A DNA stretch of 50,820 bases, from IMG/VR virus record IMGVR_UViG_3300036818_000065, positions 1 to 50,820 of that record; one strand, written 5' to 3'. The translations under genes were made by a program, and so were the position numbers. Under the pieces are notes generated by a model. The model was not told the DNA's origin and ran no database searches. It was given only the letters and a program-made list of their open reading frames with translations. Origin of the DNA: a virus (Duplodnaviria; Caudoviricetes). Shown piece by piece: positions 1 through 9,177 of this stretch (its first letter is position 1; the number at the start of each line of letters is the position of its first letter).

Positions 1-127
1 CTTTACCAGTTTCACGATTGGACTAGCGGTCTTGATTGTGAGTGTGCTCAAGTGACCGGGGAGGAGCGTGCACCTAGCAAGACCAAGATGATCGTCATGG
101 CCTTGGTGGTTAGCCTGATTGCTAGTT
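1..127. repeat. Terminal direct repeat (copy 1), circular-assembly overlap
   Basis: 1-127 is identical to 50694-50820 (ctttaccagt...attgctagtt); 127 is a common assembler k-mer size. Confidence 0.95.
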
Positions 128-408
128 TGGTGCTGCTGGGTGGCGCCATCTACATCAAGTCACGACAGGAAAATGAACTTAAACAATCTCTTATTGAGAG
201 TTGTGAAAATAGTCCAGTACGTGGAGCCCTCACTGAAATCTTGACCGAAGAAATTGAAGAATCGCACAGCCCACTTACCGCAAAAGTGGCTGAAGCTCTT
301 CACCTCACCAAAAAAGAGTTCGAAGAAGTCATAGCTAAAACCGATGACAAAAAGCAGGACAGGATCGAACAAATCGAACCGTCCGATTGCGAAGCGCAAT
401 ACAAGTAA
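52..408 (+). CDS. Membrane-anchored protein in the lysis cassette
   Basis: N-terminal TM helix (IVMALVVSLIASLVLLGGAIYI); GTG start overlaps the TGA of the upstream membrane gene across the junction. Confidence 0.7.
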   Translation: MTGEERAPSKTKMIVMALVVSLIASLVLLGGAIYIKSRQENELKQSLIESCENSPVRGALTEILTEEIEESHSPLTAKVAEALHLTKKEFEEVIAKTDDKKQDRIEQIEPSDCEAQYK

Positions 409-417
409 GGGAGCGAC

Positions 418-1284
418 ATGCCTACTCACACCAAAAACAAGCCAAGGACTTCAACCAAGAATGAGGTCCATCGTACCTTGCACCTGACCACGCCTTTGCT
501 GCAGGGCAAGGACGTCGAGAATCTGCAGCATTCCATTAACGGACTTGTGAAGCACTACGAGTTCCCATGGATGGCAATCACCCCAGATGGCGAATACGGC
601 AAACGAAGTGCGCGCAAAGCCGCGTTCGTGATGGAACTCATAGGTCTGGACAGCGACCTGGTTCACAAGACGCGTCATACCGGTCATCTCAGCGAGGCCA
701 CCCAGCGTCTGATCCGCAATCCGCAAAAGCGAACCGACGCTGATCGCAAACGCGAAGACAACCGCAAGTCTCGATTCCAGAAGCTTCGCAAACAGCACAA
801 AGAAGGACTGAGTGCTGCTGTCGACGCCATGATCAAGCACGTTGGCGTCAAGGAGAACCCACCGGAATCGAACATGGGTCCGTTCCCCATCACGGCTTGC
901 CAGGCGCACTTCGGGCTGGACCATCAGCCGTGGTGCGGATGTTGCGCTGGGTTCTTCATCGAGGTCGAGTGCAACGGCGGGCAGCACACTGGCACCTGGT
1001 GGCCCTATGCGGGCAGCATTCGTACGGACGCGGAAGCTGGCAAAAACGGACTAGAAGACATTAACCCGGCGCATGCCCACAAGGGCTGCATCGCAACCTT
1101 CTTCAGCGGGGGCGATGATCACGTCGGACTGGTGCGAGCAGACAGCGAGAACGGCATCCTCTTCACCGTCGAGGGGAACACGTCGTCGGCGCGCCAGGAC
1201 AGTGACGGCGGCATCATCGAAATCAAGGAACGGTCGTTCAGCGAAGTCACTTGCGTGGCGGTGCTGAACCTCGCTCTGATCTAG
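418..1284 (+). CDS. Endolysin: N-terminal peptidoglycan-binding-like domain plus CHAP domain
   Basis: LQGKDVENLQ...ITPDGEYG (PG-binding-like); QPWC, DHVGLV and TVEGNT are CHAP motifs; SD GGGAG. Confidence 0.85.
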   Translation: MPTHTKNKPRTSTKNEVHRTLHLTTPLLQGKDVENLQHSINGLVKHYEFPWMAITPDGEYGKRSARKAAFVMELIGLDSDLVHKTRHTGHLSEATQRLIRNPQKRTDADRKREDNRKSRFQKLRKQHKEGLSAAVDAMIKHVGVKENPPESNMGPFPITACQAHFGLDHQPWCGCCAGFFIEVECNGGQHTGTWWPYAGSIRTDAEAGKNGLEDINPAHAHKGCIATFFSGGDDHVGLVRADSENGILFTVEGNTSSARQDSDGGIIEIKERSFSEVTCVAVLNLALI

Positions 1285-1297
1285 GAGAGGGAGCATC

Positions 1298-1657
1298 ATG
1301 ATATTTGGATACACTCTGGCGGAAGCAAAGAAGACGGTGATCGCGGTGATCACCTTCGGAGCAGCCGTTGCGGCGATGTTCATCGCCTATAACCCCGGCA
1401 TCAATGAAGCAGCGATCACTCTCGCAGGCGCCATCTTCGGCGTGATCGGGGTGTTCCTGTCACCGCAGTTCAGCATCGAAGACCTGTCCAAGGCGGTGGC
1501 TGCCCTCCAGGGCGCACTGATAGCCCTGGGCAACTTCTTTTTCGTTATTCATCCCTCGACCGTTGTGCAGATCACCACGGTCGTAGGTTCCGCTATCGCG
1601 TTGTACGCGCTGTACCGAGCGAACAACGAGAAGAATCACAACGCGGTAAGCGTCTAG
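1298..1657 (+). CDS. Holin-like multi-pass membrane protein
   Basis: About four hydrophobic segments; directly after the endolysin; SD GAGGGAG. Confidence 0.7.
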   Translation: MIFGYTLAEAKKTVIAVITFGAAVAAMFIAYNPGINEAAITLAGAIFGVIGVFLSPQFSIEDLSKAVAALQGALIALGNFFFVIHPSTVVQITTVVGSAIALYALYRANNEKNHNAVSV

Positions 1658-1673
1658 TCGAAGGAGCAGGGCC

Positions 1674-3905
1674 GTGCCAACCGCAACCAAGCCAAATACC
1701 ACTGAACAAGGAAGTCTGGGCAATCAGACTACGGTGATCAGCGGTCTCAGGTCATGGGGCCAGATGATCAACGAAACGGAGTTCTCGCCTGAGCTTCGGT
1801 GGCCAGCTAGCGTCTGGGTCTTCAATCGGATGATCAAGAGTGACGCTCAGCTGAAGGGTTTGATGCGAGGCACGGTCCTGCCTCTCGAGAGGTTCAGGTA
1901 TTCGCTTGATCCCAACGGCGCCAACGACAAACTCGTGCAGCAGCTTAGCAAAGAGATCAAGCTTCCCATCAAGGGGCGCGAGGACGAGTTCGTTGTTGGC
2001 CGCACCCGCAATCAGTTCACCTGGAAACGCCATCTGCCCGTCGCGCTGCGTGCGCTGACCTATGGCCACTACTTCTTCGAACAGATTATGGAGATGGACG
2101 AGGAAAAGTACGGCGACGATCTATACCATATCAAGAAAATTGCGCCGCGTCCGCCGTACACCATCGCCCAAATCAACGTCGCCAAAGACGGCGAGCTTGA
2201 AGGCATCAAACAGGCAACCTCGTCTTGGGCGCTTGGGGTCAGCAATCTACTGTCACCTGGCATCCCCGTCAGCGCACTGATCGCATACGTGTGGGAAAAA
2301 GAAGGCGCCAACTGGACCGGCGAGTCACTGATGCGGTCTTGCTTCCGCAACTACGTGATCAAGGACATGCTGATTCGCATCGACGCTCAGAAGCACGAAC
2401 GGATGGGCATGGGCATCCCCTGGTTCGAGGCTCCGGAAGGCGCCAGCCAGGAGCTGATCGACGCGCTGGACGAACTGGCCGAGGAAATTCGTGGCGGTGA
2501 CGAGTCGGGCTTGGCGGTCCCCAGCGGAGCTAAGCTGAAGCTGGCTGGCGTAGAGGGCACGGTGCCCGACACGATGGGGTCGGTGGACAAACACAACGAG
2601 GAAATGGCACGTTCCTTCTTGATGATGTTCATGCAGCTGGGGCAGACCAAAACCGGCAGCCGCGCGCTGGGAGCAGAGTTCATCGAATTCTTCAACTACG
2701 CCCAAGAGGGCATTGCCGATTGGGTCACTGAGACCTTCAACGAGTACATGATCGAGGATTGGGTAGACTGGAACTACGGTGAGGACGAGGCAGCGCCGCG
2801 AATCATCTACGAGCGCAGCCCCACCGAGACGGTACAGGCAACCGAACTTGCTGAACTGGTCGCCAAGGGCGTGGTCAAAGTTGATCCCGAACTGGAAGCC
2901 TACATTCGCCAGCGCTACAAAATGCCTCTCAAGTCCGAAGACCAACGGACCAAAGAGGAAGAAGAAGCCAAAGCGCAGCAAGAGCGGGAAGACAAAAAAG
3001 CTGAACAGCCCGTTGTGGCTCCTCCGCCGACCAATGAGCCAGCCGCCCCAGAACCTGAACCAGCGAAAGCCGGTTCGGGGCGGCGCAGCAGGAAAGTTCG
3101 CGCAGAGGAAGGTGCTCCCTCGCCTCTACCGGACCGAGCGTTGCGCCGTCAGCCTTACGACCACGAGATCACTGCTGCCACTGACTTCGCCCGAATGGAT
3201 GAACAGTGGACTGCAAATCGTGACGCACTGTTCGAAGCGGTCAAAGAGCTACAGGCCGCGCAAGTTGACGAACTACACGATCTAATCGTGGCTGCCGATG
3301 GTGATCTAGTGCAGCTGAGCCAACTAGCAGTCGAAGACACCACGCATGAAGCCATCCTAGCAAGCATGCAGGAAATGGCAGATGAGGGCATCGATCAAGC
3401 CGCTACTGAGGCCGAGGACCAGGGCGTGACCAAGGCCAAGCGCCCCAAGCTGAGTGAGCTGGAGGACAGCCTTACCGCCCGCGCAAAAGGTGTAGGCGAA
3501 GTGCTGACCCGCGAGCTCAGCGCCGCCGCCGGCAAGAAAGCGATGGACCTGAGTGGGGGCAGTCTTGATGCAAAAGAAGTTGCTGCGGCAGTCAAGGAAC
3601 ACCTGAACGGTCTGACCAAAGCTCGCGTTAAGGACCAAATCAGCGGTGCGACCAGCACTGCCCAGAATGGTGGGCGGAAGTTGACCATGCGGCGCAACGA
3701 CGCGCAGCACATTTACTCAAGTGAGTTGCTGGACGAGAACACCTGTCAGAACTGCACCGCTGAGGACGGCACTGAATTCGACAGCGTTGAAGCAGCTGAG
3801 GTCGATTATCCCGGTGGTGGCTACGCTGCATGCGAAGGTGGAGAGCGCTGTCGTGGCACGTTGGTGGCGGTATACAACGAGGAGGCGAACAGTGCCGAAA
3901 GTTAG
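1674..3905 (+). CDS. Portal protein (Mu gp29/DUF935-like) fused to a C-terminal MuF/gp30-like minor head domain
   Basis: GESLMRSC, ERMGMGIP and GSRALG fit DUF935-type portals; Pro-rich linker; C-terminal LDENTCQNC...CEGGERCRGTLV resembles the MuF Cys motif; SD AAGGAG. Confidence 0.8.
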   Translation: MPTATKPNTTEQGSLGNQTTVISGLRSWGQMINETEFSPELRWPASVWVFNRMIKSDAQLKGLMRGTVLPLERFRYSLDPNGANDKLVQQLSKEIKLPIKGREDEFVVGRTRNQFTWKRHLPVALRALTYGHYFFEQIMEMDEEKYGDDLYHIKKIAPRPPYTIAQINVAKDGELEGIKQATSSWALGVSNLLSPGIPVSALIAYVWEKEGANWTGESLMRSCFRNYVIKDMLIRIDAQKHERMGMGIPWFEAPEGASQELIDALDELAEEIRGGDESGLAVPSGAKLKLAGVEGTVPDTMGSVDKHNEEMARSFLMMFMQLGQTKTGSRALGAEFIEFFNYAQEGIADWVTETFNEYMIEDWVDWNYGEDEAAPRIIYERSPTETVQATELAELVAKGVVKVDPELEAYIRQRYKMPLKSEDQRTKEEEEAKAQQEREDKKAEQPVVAPPPTNEPAAPEPEPAKAGSGRRSRKVRAEEGAPSPLPDRALRRQPYDHEITAATDFARMDEQWTANRDALFEAVKELQAAQVDELHDLIVAADGDLVQLSQLAVEDTTHEAILASMQEMADEGIDQAATEAEDQGVTKAKRPKLSELEDSLTARAKGVGEVLTRELSAAAGKKAMDLSGGSLDAKEVAAAVKEHLNGLTKARVKDQISGATSTAQNGGRKLTMRRNDAQHIYSSELLDENTCQNCTAEDGTEFDSVEAAEVDYPGGGYAACEGGERCRGTLVAVYNEEANSAES

Positions 3906-5448
3906 GCAGCCAAAGATCAAAGCTGGCGCTGCATTGGTCACCATTCCAAATGTGCCTATTGTCAGCACTGGAACGTACCACCTGGCGTCGGGCATCACCA
4001 CCTTTACGGAGGAGCATCTAAGGGCGGCCATAGCTGCCCAAGACGACCCCGCTGTCACTGCTCCCAGACTCAAGATAGGGCATGAGTCTGATTTCGGTGA
4101 TGGCGAGCCTTGCTTCGGCAAAGTGCTCAACATGTACTTGGGCGACAACGACCAGACTATCTACGGTGATTACGTAGGTGTGCCAGTTTGGTTGGCTGAA
4201 CTGATGCCCACTGCTTATCCTGCTAGGTCGATTGAGGGCGCGTTCGACGCCCAGGTGGCGGAGGACAAGCCGCCTCATGCCCTCTTGATCACGGCAGTCA
4301 GTCTTCTTGGTGTTGTTGCTCCTGGCGTCAGCACCTTGGAGGATCTCCCTGACCTGTATGGCGAGCAGGCACCGGAGGGTCTCGAAATAATCGCGACGAC
4401 GAACTTGGTCGCGGGAAGCAAAATCATCGCCAAGGCAGTCGGAGGTGACATGCCGAAAGACAAGATCACTGCCGCTGTCTCCGTAGACGACGTTCGTCGC
4501 GAGTACTACGAGTCATTGGGCTCAGCTGAAGCGTGGTGGTGGATATGCCGCGTGGAAGTGGACCCGATGCAGCTGATCGTCGACGACGAAGAAGGGAGCC
4601 TGTATAGGGTGACTTACGACCCCTCTGGGAGTGAAATCACGTTCGGTGATCCCATCGAGGTCGAAATCGTCTACGTCGACGTAGGCAGCAGCGAAGCGAC
4701 GGCTGCTCGTGCGGCTGTCAAAGGCGAGGGAAAGATTCTCGCCAGTTACAACAATCGGTCGGAATCCCGGCCGGACGACAATGAGGAAGGAGGAAGCGTG
4801 CCAAAAGCGAAAGCCAAAACCAAAGCGGAGAAGGCCAAGCAACTGCGCGCAGGCCTCGGTCTGGCTGAGGACGCCACCGATAAAGAAGTTTCGGCGGCTC
4901 TCAAAGAGGCTGAGGAACTCCTCGCCTCAGACGACTCCGAAGAAGAGGAGGAGTCTGACGATGACGAGGATAATGAAGAAGAAGAGGAAACCCCTGAGCC
5001 AGAAGGCGGGGGCGAGGAAGAAGAGGAAGATGACGACGAGGAAGGCGAGACCACTGCCAAAGGTGGCAAGTTCGTCGACGAGGCAACTCTCGCCAAGCTG
5101 AAGGCCAATTCCGACATGGGCGTCAAAGCCCGTAAGGAACAGCTCAAAAAAGAGCGTGAGGATGCTCTCAGCGCTGCTGTCAAGGCAGGTAAGTTCCCTC
5201 GCGCTCGGAAGGGACACTGGAGGAAACTCTGGATCAACGATCCAGATGGTACCAAGGCGTCCATAGAAGAACTGGAGCCCAATCTGATTCCAGTTGAGGA
5301 GCGTGGCCAGACCGATGGAGACGATGTCGAGGCAGGCAACGGCTCCGACTACCCCGAGACCTGGCTCTCACCAGCTGAGCGACAGCGCATTGCTTCCGCC
5401 AAGCAGGGTGTAGGTGCTGGCTTGATTACCACGCAAGAGGTGGCGTAA
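3892..5448 (+). CDS. Capsid maturation protease/scaffold (Mu I/Z-like)
   Basis: GTG 3892 with GGAGG; LKIGH, YPARSIEG and AVSLLGVVAPGVSTL motifs; acidic low-complexity region and C-terminal AAVKAGKFP scaffold-like segment; lies between portal and capsid genes. Confidence 0.75.
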   Translation: MPKVRQPKIKAGAALVTIPNVPIVSTGTYHLASGITTFTEEHLRAAIAAQDDPAVTAPRLKIGHESDFGDGEPCFGKVLNMYLGDNDQTIYGDYVGVPVWLAELMPTAYPARSIEGAFDAQVAEDKPPHALLITAVSLLGVVAPGVSTLEDLPDLYGEQAPEGLEIIATTNLVAGSKIIAKAVGGDMPKDKITAAVSVDDVRREYYESLGSAEAWWWICRVEVDPMQLIVDDEEGSLYRVTYDPSGSEITFGDPIEVEIVYVDVGSSEATAARAAVKGEGKILASYNNRSESRPDDNEEGGSVPKAKAKTKAEKAKQLRAGLGLAEDATDKEVSAALKEAEELLASDDSEEEEESDDDEDNEEEEETPEPEGGGEEEEEDDDEEGETTAKGGKFVDEATLAKLKANSDMGVKARKEQLKKEREDALSAAVKAGKFPRARKGHWRKLWINDPDGTKASIEELEPNLIPVEERGQTDGDDVEAGNGSDYPETWLSPAERQRIASAKQGVGAGLITTQEVA

Positions 5449-5910
5449 ATGACTGTCACCAACGAGTGCATCCCCTACCAGGAGCCAGGAGACGATCTCC
5501 CCTGCAGCGTCAAGGCCGGCAAATCGGTTGTAGGAAAGCGATTCGTGGTTATTGGCGAAGATATGCAGGGCGATCCAAATGGCCTGTCAACTGACGTAGA
5601 AGGTAACAACTACGTCATTGAACCGGCCCCTGCCAACGCCCTGGTCGTGTTGGGCGTCGCATCTCACAACGCGGCAGAAAAAAAGAAGGTCACCGTTAAG
5701 GGTGCTCCGTGCGTGCTCCCTGTGACGGCAGGAGCGGCCATCGCTGCAGGCGAACAGGTCGGAGTTGGGGCCGAAGGTAAAGCGGTCAAAGTTGTACCGC
5801 GTACCGAAGCCGAAATCAAAGAAGGCAAAAGCGACTTCAAAACTCCGCCAGTGGGTCTCGCTCTTGCCGACGCAGCCGAAGGGGTCGATTGCCCCGTGAA
5901 GCTGTACTAG
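5449..5910 (+). CDS. Capsid cement/decoration protein (DUF2190-like)
   Basis: VLGVASHNAA...VLPVTAGAAIAAGEQVGVGAEGKAV...VGLALADAAEG pattern; immediately before the major capsid gene. Confidence 0.75.
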   Translation: MTVTNECIPYQEPGDDLPCSVKAGKSVVGKRFVVIGEDMQGDPNGLSTDVEGNNYVIEPAPANALVVLGVASHNAAEKKKVTVKGAPCVLPVTAGAAIAAGEQVGVGAEGKAVKVVPRTEAEIKEGKSDFKTPPVGLALADAAEGVDCPVKLY

Positions 5911-5928
5911 AAGGGAAGGAGGAAGAGC

Positions 5929-6831
5929 ATGCCAAAAGAAAACAGCCCTGTTCATCCGCTGGGTCCTCCGACCCTGTCGGGCAACGAGCTCACGGTTGAC
6001 ACGATGCTGGAACAGCCAACCCGCATCACCAACATGATCATGGACCTGTCTCTGCAGAAATTCATCATCGACAGGATCTTTGCATCGGCTGGTGGTGTAA
6101 CCGGCGGCGCCATCGTGTACGACGTTACGAGCGCGAACGAAATTTACGCGTCGCGTGACATCGGGCGCGTGTCGCCTGGCGGCGAGTTCCCGCTCATCAC
6201 CAGCGAGCGTCCCGTACCCTCGATTGCAGAAGTCGAGAAGTGGGGCGCCAAAGTGTTCATCACTGAGGAGGCGAAAGAACGCAACAACAGCGCTCTCTTC
6301 ACCAACAAGGTTCGCCAGATGACGAACACCATCATCCGCAAGCTCAACCAGAGGGCTATTGCGGAGCTGGAGAAGTCGATTGAAGCATCTGAACAGAAAA
6401 CGAACGGAAACAATTGGGCGGCTGTCAAAACTGCCGGGGTCGAAGCCTCGCAGGCTGACAAATTCCCGGCGTTCGATTTCGCCCACGTTCAGCAGCTGGC
6501 AGACGAAGATGAGCTCGGCATCGTCTACAACCTGTGGCTCCTTAACCCGCAGGAGTTCACGCGGCTTGTCACGATCTACGGGTCGGCAAACCTGCGGCCT
6601 CTGCTGCAGGAGCTCGGCATCGACATCTACGTGTCGAACCGGGTTACCGCTGGAACGGCGTACGTCGTCGCCCAGCAGCAAGTCGGTGAGATGCGTGTCG
6701 AGAAACCGCTGACCACTCGTACGTGGTACGAGGAGGAAACCGAGCGCACCTGGGTTCAGTCCAGCGTCCGCCCGGTGATGTTCGTGAACAACCCGTTCGC
6801 GGTGGTCAAAGTAGAAAAACTCGCGGGGTGA
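5929..6831 (+). CDS. Major capsid protein
   Basis: 300 aa; position; strong SD; GC3-rich codons; VSPGGEFP, VEKWGAKVFITEE and LWLLNPQE motifs as in actinophage HK97-fold capsids. Confidence 0.85.
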   Translation: MPKENSPVHPLGPPTLSGNELTVDTMLEQPTRITNMIMDLSLQKFIIDRIFASAGGVTGGAIVYDVTSANEIYASRDIGRVSPGGEFPLITSERPVPSIAEVEKWGAKVFITEEAKERNNSALFTNKVRQMTNTIIRKLNQRAIAELEKSIEASEQKTNGNNWAAVKTAGVEASQADKFPAFDFAHVQQLADEDELGIVYNLWLLNPQEFTRLVTIYGSANLRPLLQELGIDIYVSNRVTAGTAYVVAQQQVGEMRVEKPLTTRTWYEEETERTWVQSSVRPVMFVNNPFAVVKVEKLAG

Positions 6832-6835
6832 TCGA

Positions 6836-7534
6836 ATGGAAACTCGCGAGATAAAAATCCGTTCATTCGTTTACACGTCGACGTTCAAGGACTTCGACGG
6901 AGTTGAGCGATCGCAGCAACAGATCGCTTCTAAAGGAGACACCGTCGAAATCAGCGACTACTGGATTCGCTACGGTGAAGACATGGGTGCGTTCGTTACT
7001 GACGCTGATCGCGAAGCAGAAGAGACGGACGAAGATGTGCTTGACACGGCTGAGACGGTCGAGGAAATGGGCGACGACGAACTCATGAATTGGGTTTCGG
7101 ACAAGACCATTCCCGAGATTCTTTCCGTGGCCAACGCAGATCCAACCCTGTGCGCGAGACTGCTGGATGCCGAGAACAAGGCGACTGGCAACGACCCGCG
7201 TACCGGATTGCTGGAGGCCCTGACCCATATCATGGCTGCTAGTGAGGGCAGTGGTGCTCTTGCCGAGACTGAAGAAAGTGTCGAGGACCTGGCCAAGCGG
7301 CTGGGCGTCGACCTGGAACAGGTTGAGGGTACTGGCGAAGACGACGAGATCACCGTCGATGACGTCAAGGAGTACTACGACGAAGAGATCGCAGACGCCA
7401 CCGACGGCGCTGTTGAGCTCGCTGAGGAGAAGCAGTTGTTCCTGGCGGACATCACCGGCACCGGCGCGGACGGACGCATCACCAAAGACGACGTCCAGAA
7501 GTTCCTGGACAAGCGCGAGGCCGCATCCGAGTGA
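6836..7534 (+). CDS. Acidic protein with two C-terminal E3-binding (PSBD)-like domains
   Basis: LAKRLGVDLEQVEGTGEDDEITVDDV and LAEEKQLFLADITGTGADGRITKDDV match the PSBD consensus LAxExGIDLxxVxGTGxxGRITKxDV. Confidence 0.75.
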   Translation: METREIKIRSFVYTSTFKDFDGVERSQQQIASKGDTVEISDYWIRYGEDMGAFVTDADREAEETDEDVLDTAETVEEMGDDELMNWVSDKTIPEILSVANADPTLCARLLDAENKATGNDPRTGLLEALTHIMAASEGSGALAETEESVEDLAKRLGVDLEQVEGTGEDDEITVDDVKEYYDEEIADATDGAVELAEEKQLFLADITGTGADGRITKDDVQKFLDKREAASE

Positions 7535-7553
7535 AGTTGGCCGCAGACAGCAA

Positions 7554-7603
7554 GCAGGGCTGGCAGGCAACTGTCGGCCCTGCGCTGCCCGCGCTGGGGC
7601 AGC
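7554..7603 (+). other. Two tandem GC-rich hairpins (possible attenuator or processing signal)
   Basis: GCAGGGCTGGCAG-GCAA-CTGTCGGCCCTGC followed by GCTGCCC-N6-GGGCAGC; no U-tract. Confidence 0.55.
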
Positions 7604-7607
7604 TCTG

Positions 7608-8060
7608 ATGAACTACGCCTGGGAAGCCAGTGTCGAAGATGTTGCGGCGTTGTTGCCGCAGCGCACCAAGGGTGAGTACGGTAAAGATGGGGAATTCACT
7701 GAAGGCACCACCCCGACCAAAAAACAAGTCGAAGACATCCTTGTAAAATCTGCCGGGCGCATAGCAAGCAAGCTGCGTCTTAAGGGCGAAAAAGACATCT
7801 GCTCCGACGGACCGATTGGCATGGCGGAAGAAGTGCATGCCTTGCGCGCCGCGATGATGGTGGAGCTCACCTACTTCGCGAATCAGCTGCGCACCGATCA
7901 GTCTCCATATAAAAACTTGAAAGAGCAATACGACGAAGGAATCAAGGATCTGCTTGCAGCCTATGAGGACGAGTGCGGTGGTGGCACCGGGCTTGGTGGC
8001 GAGGAGAGACCTAAAGGTTCATTCCCACGACCGCGTCGTTGGAATCGGAGGAGATTCTGA
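7608..8060 (+). CDS. Head-tail adaptor-like protein
   Basis: ATG 7608 (MNYAWEASVEDVAALL, a typical adaptor N-terminus); position after the capsid genes. Confidence 0.6.
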   Translation: MNYAWEASVEDVAALLPQRTKGEYGKDGEFTEGTTPTKKQVEDILVKSAGRIASKLRLKGEKDICSDGPIGMAEEVHALRAAMMVELTYFANQLRTDQSPYKNLKEQYDEGIKDLLAAYEDECGGGTGLGGEERPKGSFPRPRRWNRRRF

Positions 8061-8536
8061 TGCCAGGCGTGGTGATTGAGTTTGAGGCATTTGGCCACAA
8101 ACAGATCGTTCGTGAACTTGAGCGTTTTGCAGACTTTGCCGGTGACGCTGCGCCTGCTTGGGAGAAGATCATCGACCTGATGCGCGAGGATATCCAGGAG
8201 CAATTCGACTCCGAGGGGCAGAGCATGTCAGGTGGTTGGGCTCCTCTCAAGCCGGTCACCATCGAACGCAAGGCTGCACTTGGCCTGAGCCCAGAGATCA
8301 TGCGAGCTACTGATAGGCTGATGCAGTCGCTGACCGATGAGCGTGGCGGCGACCAGGTTCACGAGGTGACGCCACATGGCTTTGACTTTGGTTCCAAGGT
8401 GGACTACGGCAAATACCACATGGGTCCAGCCAAGGACGGAAGCCGTCCGGCTCGACCTCCGATCGACTTCACTGAGGCTCAACGTCGAAAGTACGTCAAG
8501 GTGCTGCAGACGTATCTGATGGGCGGAGAGATATGA
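8060..8536 (+). CDS. Virion morphogenesis / neck protein (Mu gpG, P2 gpS-like)
   Basis: FDSEG...WAPLKPVT...GSKVDYGKYH...PARP motifs; TGATG coupling at 8060. Confidence 0.75.
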   Translation: MPGVVIEFEAFGHKQIVRELERFADFAGDAAPAWEKIIDLMREDIQEQFDSEGQSMSGGWAPLKPVTIERKAALGLSPEIMRATDRLMQSLTDERGGDQVHEVTPHGFDFGSKVDYGKYHMGPAKDGSRPARPPIDFTEAQRRKYVKVLQTYLMGGEI

Positions 8537-9177
8537 CCGACTTCTCCAAATTTGGACTCAGCGTCAGCCGCAAGCACGTGATGGATTCGGTTGAAGCAAC
8601 CATCAAAGCTTTCGAAGAAGACTACCTGTCAGAGGCCGAGCGCCAATGGGGATTGAACCCCCATGACTTGCCCACGTTCAAAACCCATTCGCAGGTCAAC
8701 GAATTCCGCAATTGGGCTGATGACGAAACGCCAGTGTGCGTGATTGTGTCGCCTGGACTGGCAGGACGCCCAGAAAAGAAGGGCAGCGGATTGTACATGG
8801 GCAAATTTGACCTTGGGGTGGCTTGCATTGTGCAGGCCAACAACCGTGAGAACACCAACCGGCTGGCTGATATCTACGGGCCGGCCATTCGCCAGCTGTT
8901 GCTGCAGCAGATTGGATTCGGTGGCCTCATATCCGGCATAGATTTCGTGGACGAAAAAGCAAACGACGTCCCGGAAAGTGAAGACCGTGCGCAAACTGCT
9001 GTGCAGGTGATCTTCACTGTAGATGTGCCTGGGATCGTCAACGGCAGGCTTGGCATAGCCGCTCCTTCCGAAGACCCCTACGGCGAAGATCTGGAAAAAC
9101 CAGATGAACAGTCGGAAGCGGCCGTGGCAGAGAAAGCTACGGCAACTGTTGAAAAGAAAGATGAGGTGGAGCCATGA
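8533..9177 (+). CDS. Probable tail terminator/completion protein
   Basis: Position before the sheath, size and ATGA coupling; no diagnostic motif. Confidence 0.5.
   Translation: MTDFSKFGLSVSRKHVMDSVEATIKAFEEDYLSEAERQWGLNPHDLPTFKTHSQVNEFRNWADDETPVCVIVSPGLAGRPEKKGSGLYMGKFDLGVACIVQANNRENTNRLADIYGPAIRQLLLQQIGFGGLISGIDFVDEKANDVPESEDRAQTAVQVIFTVDVPGIVNGRLGIAAPSEDPYGEDLEKPDEQSEAAVAEKATATVEKKDEVEP

Noticed and set aside
4930-5050. GAA/GAG/GAC-rich tract (also 29120-29180)
   Set aside because: It encodes acidic low-complexity linkers and is not an independent DNA repeat.
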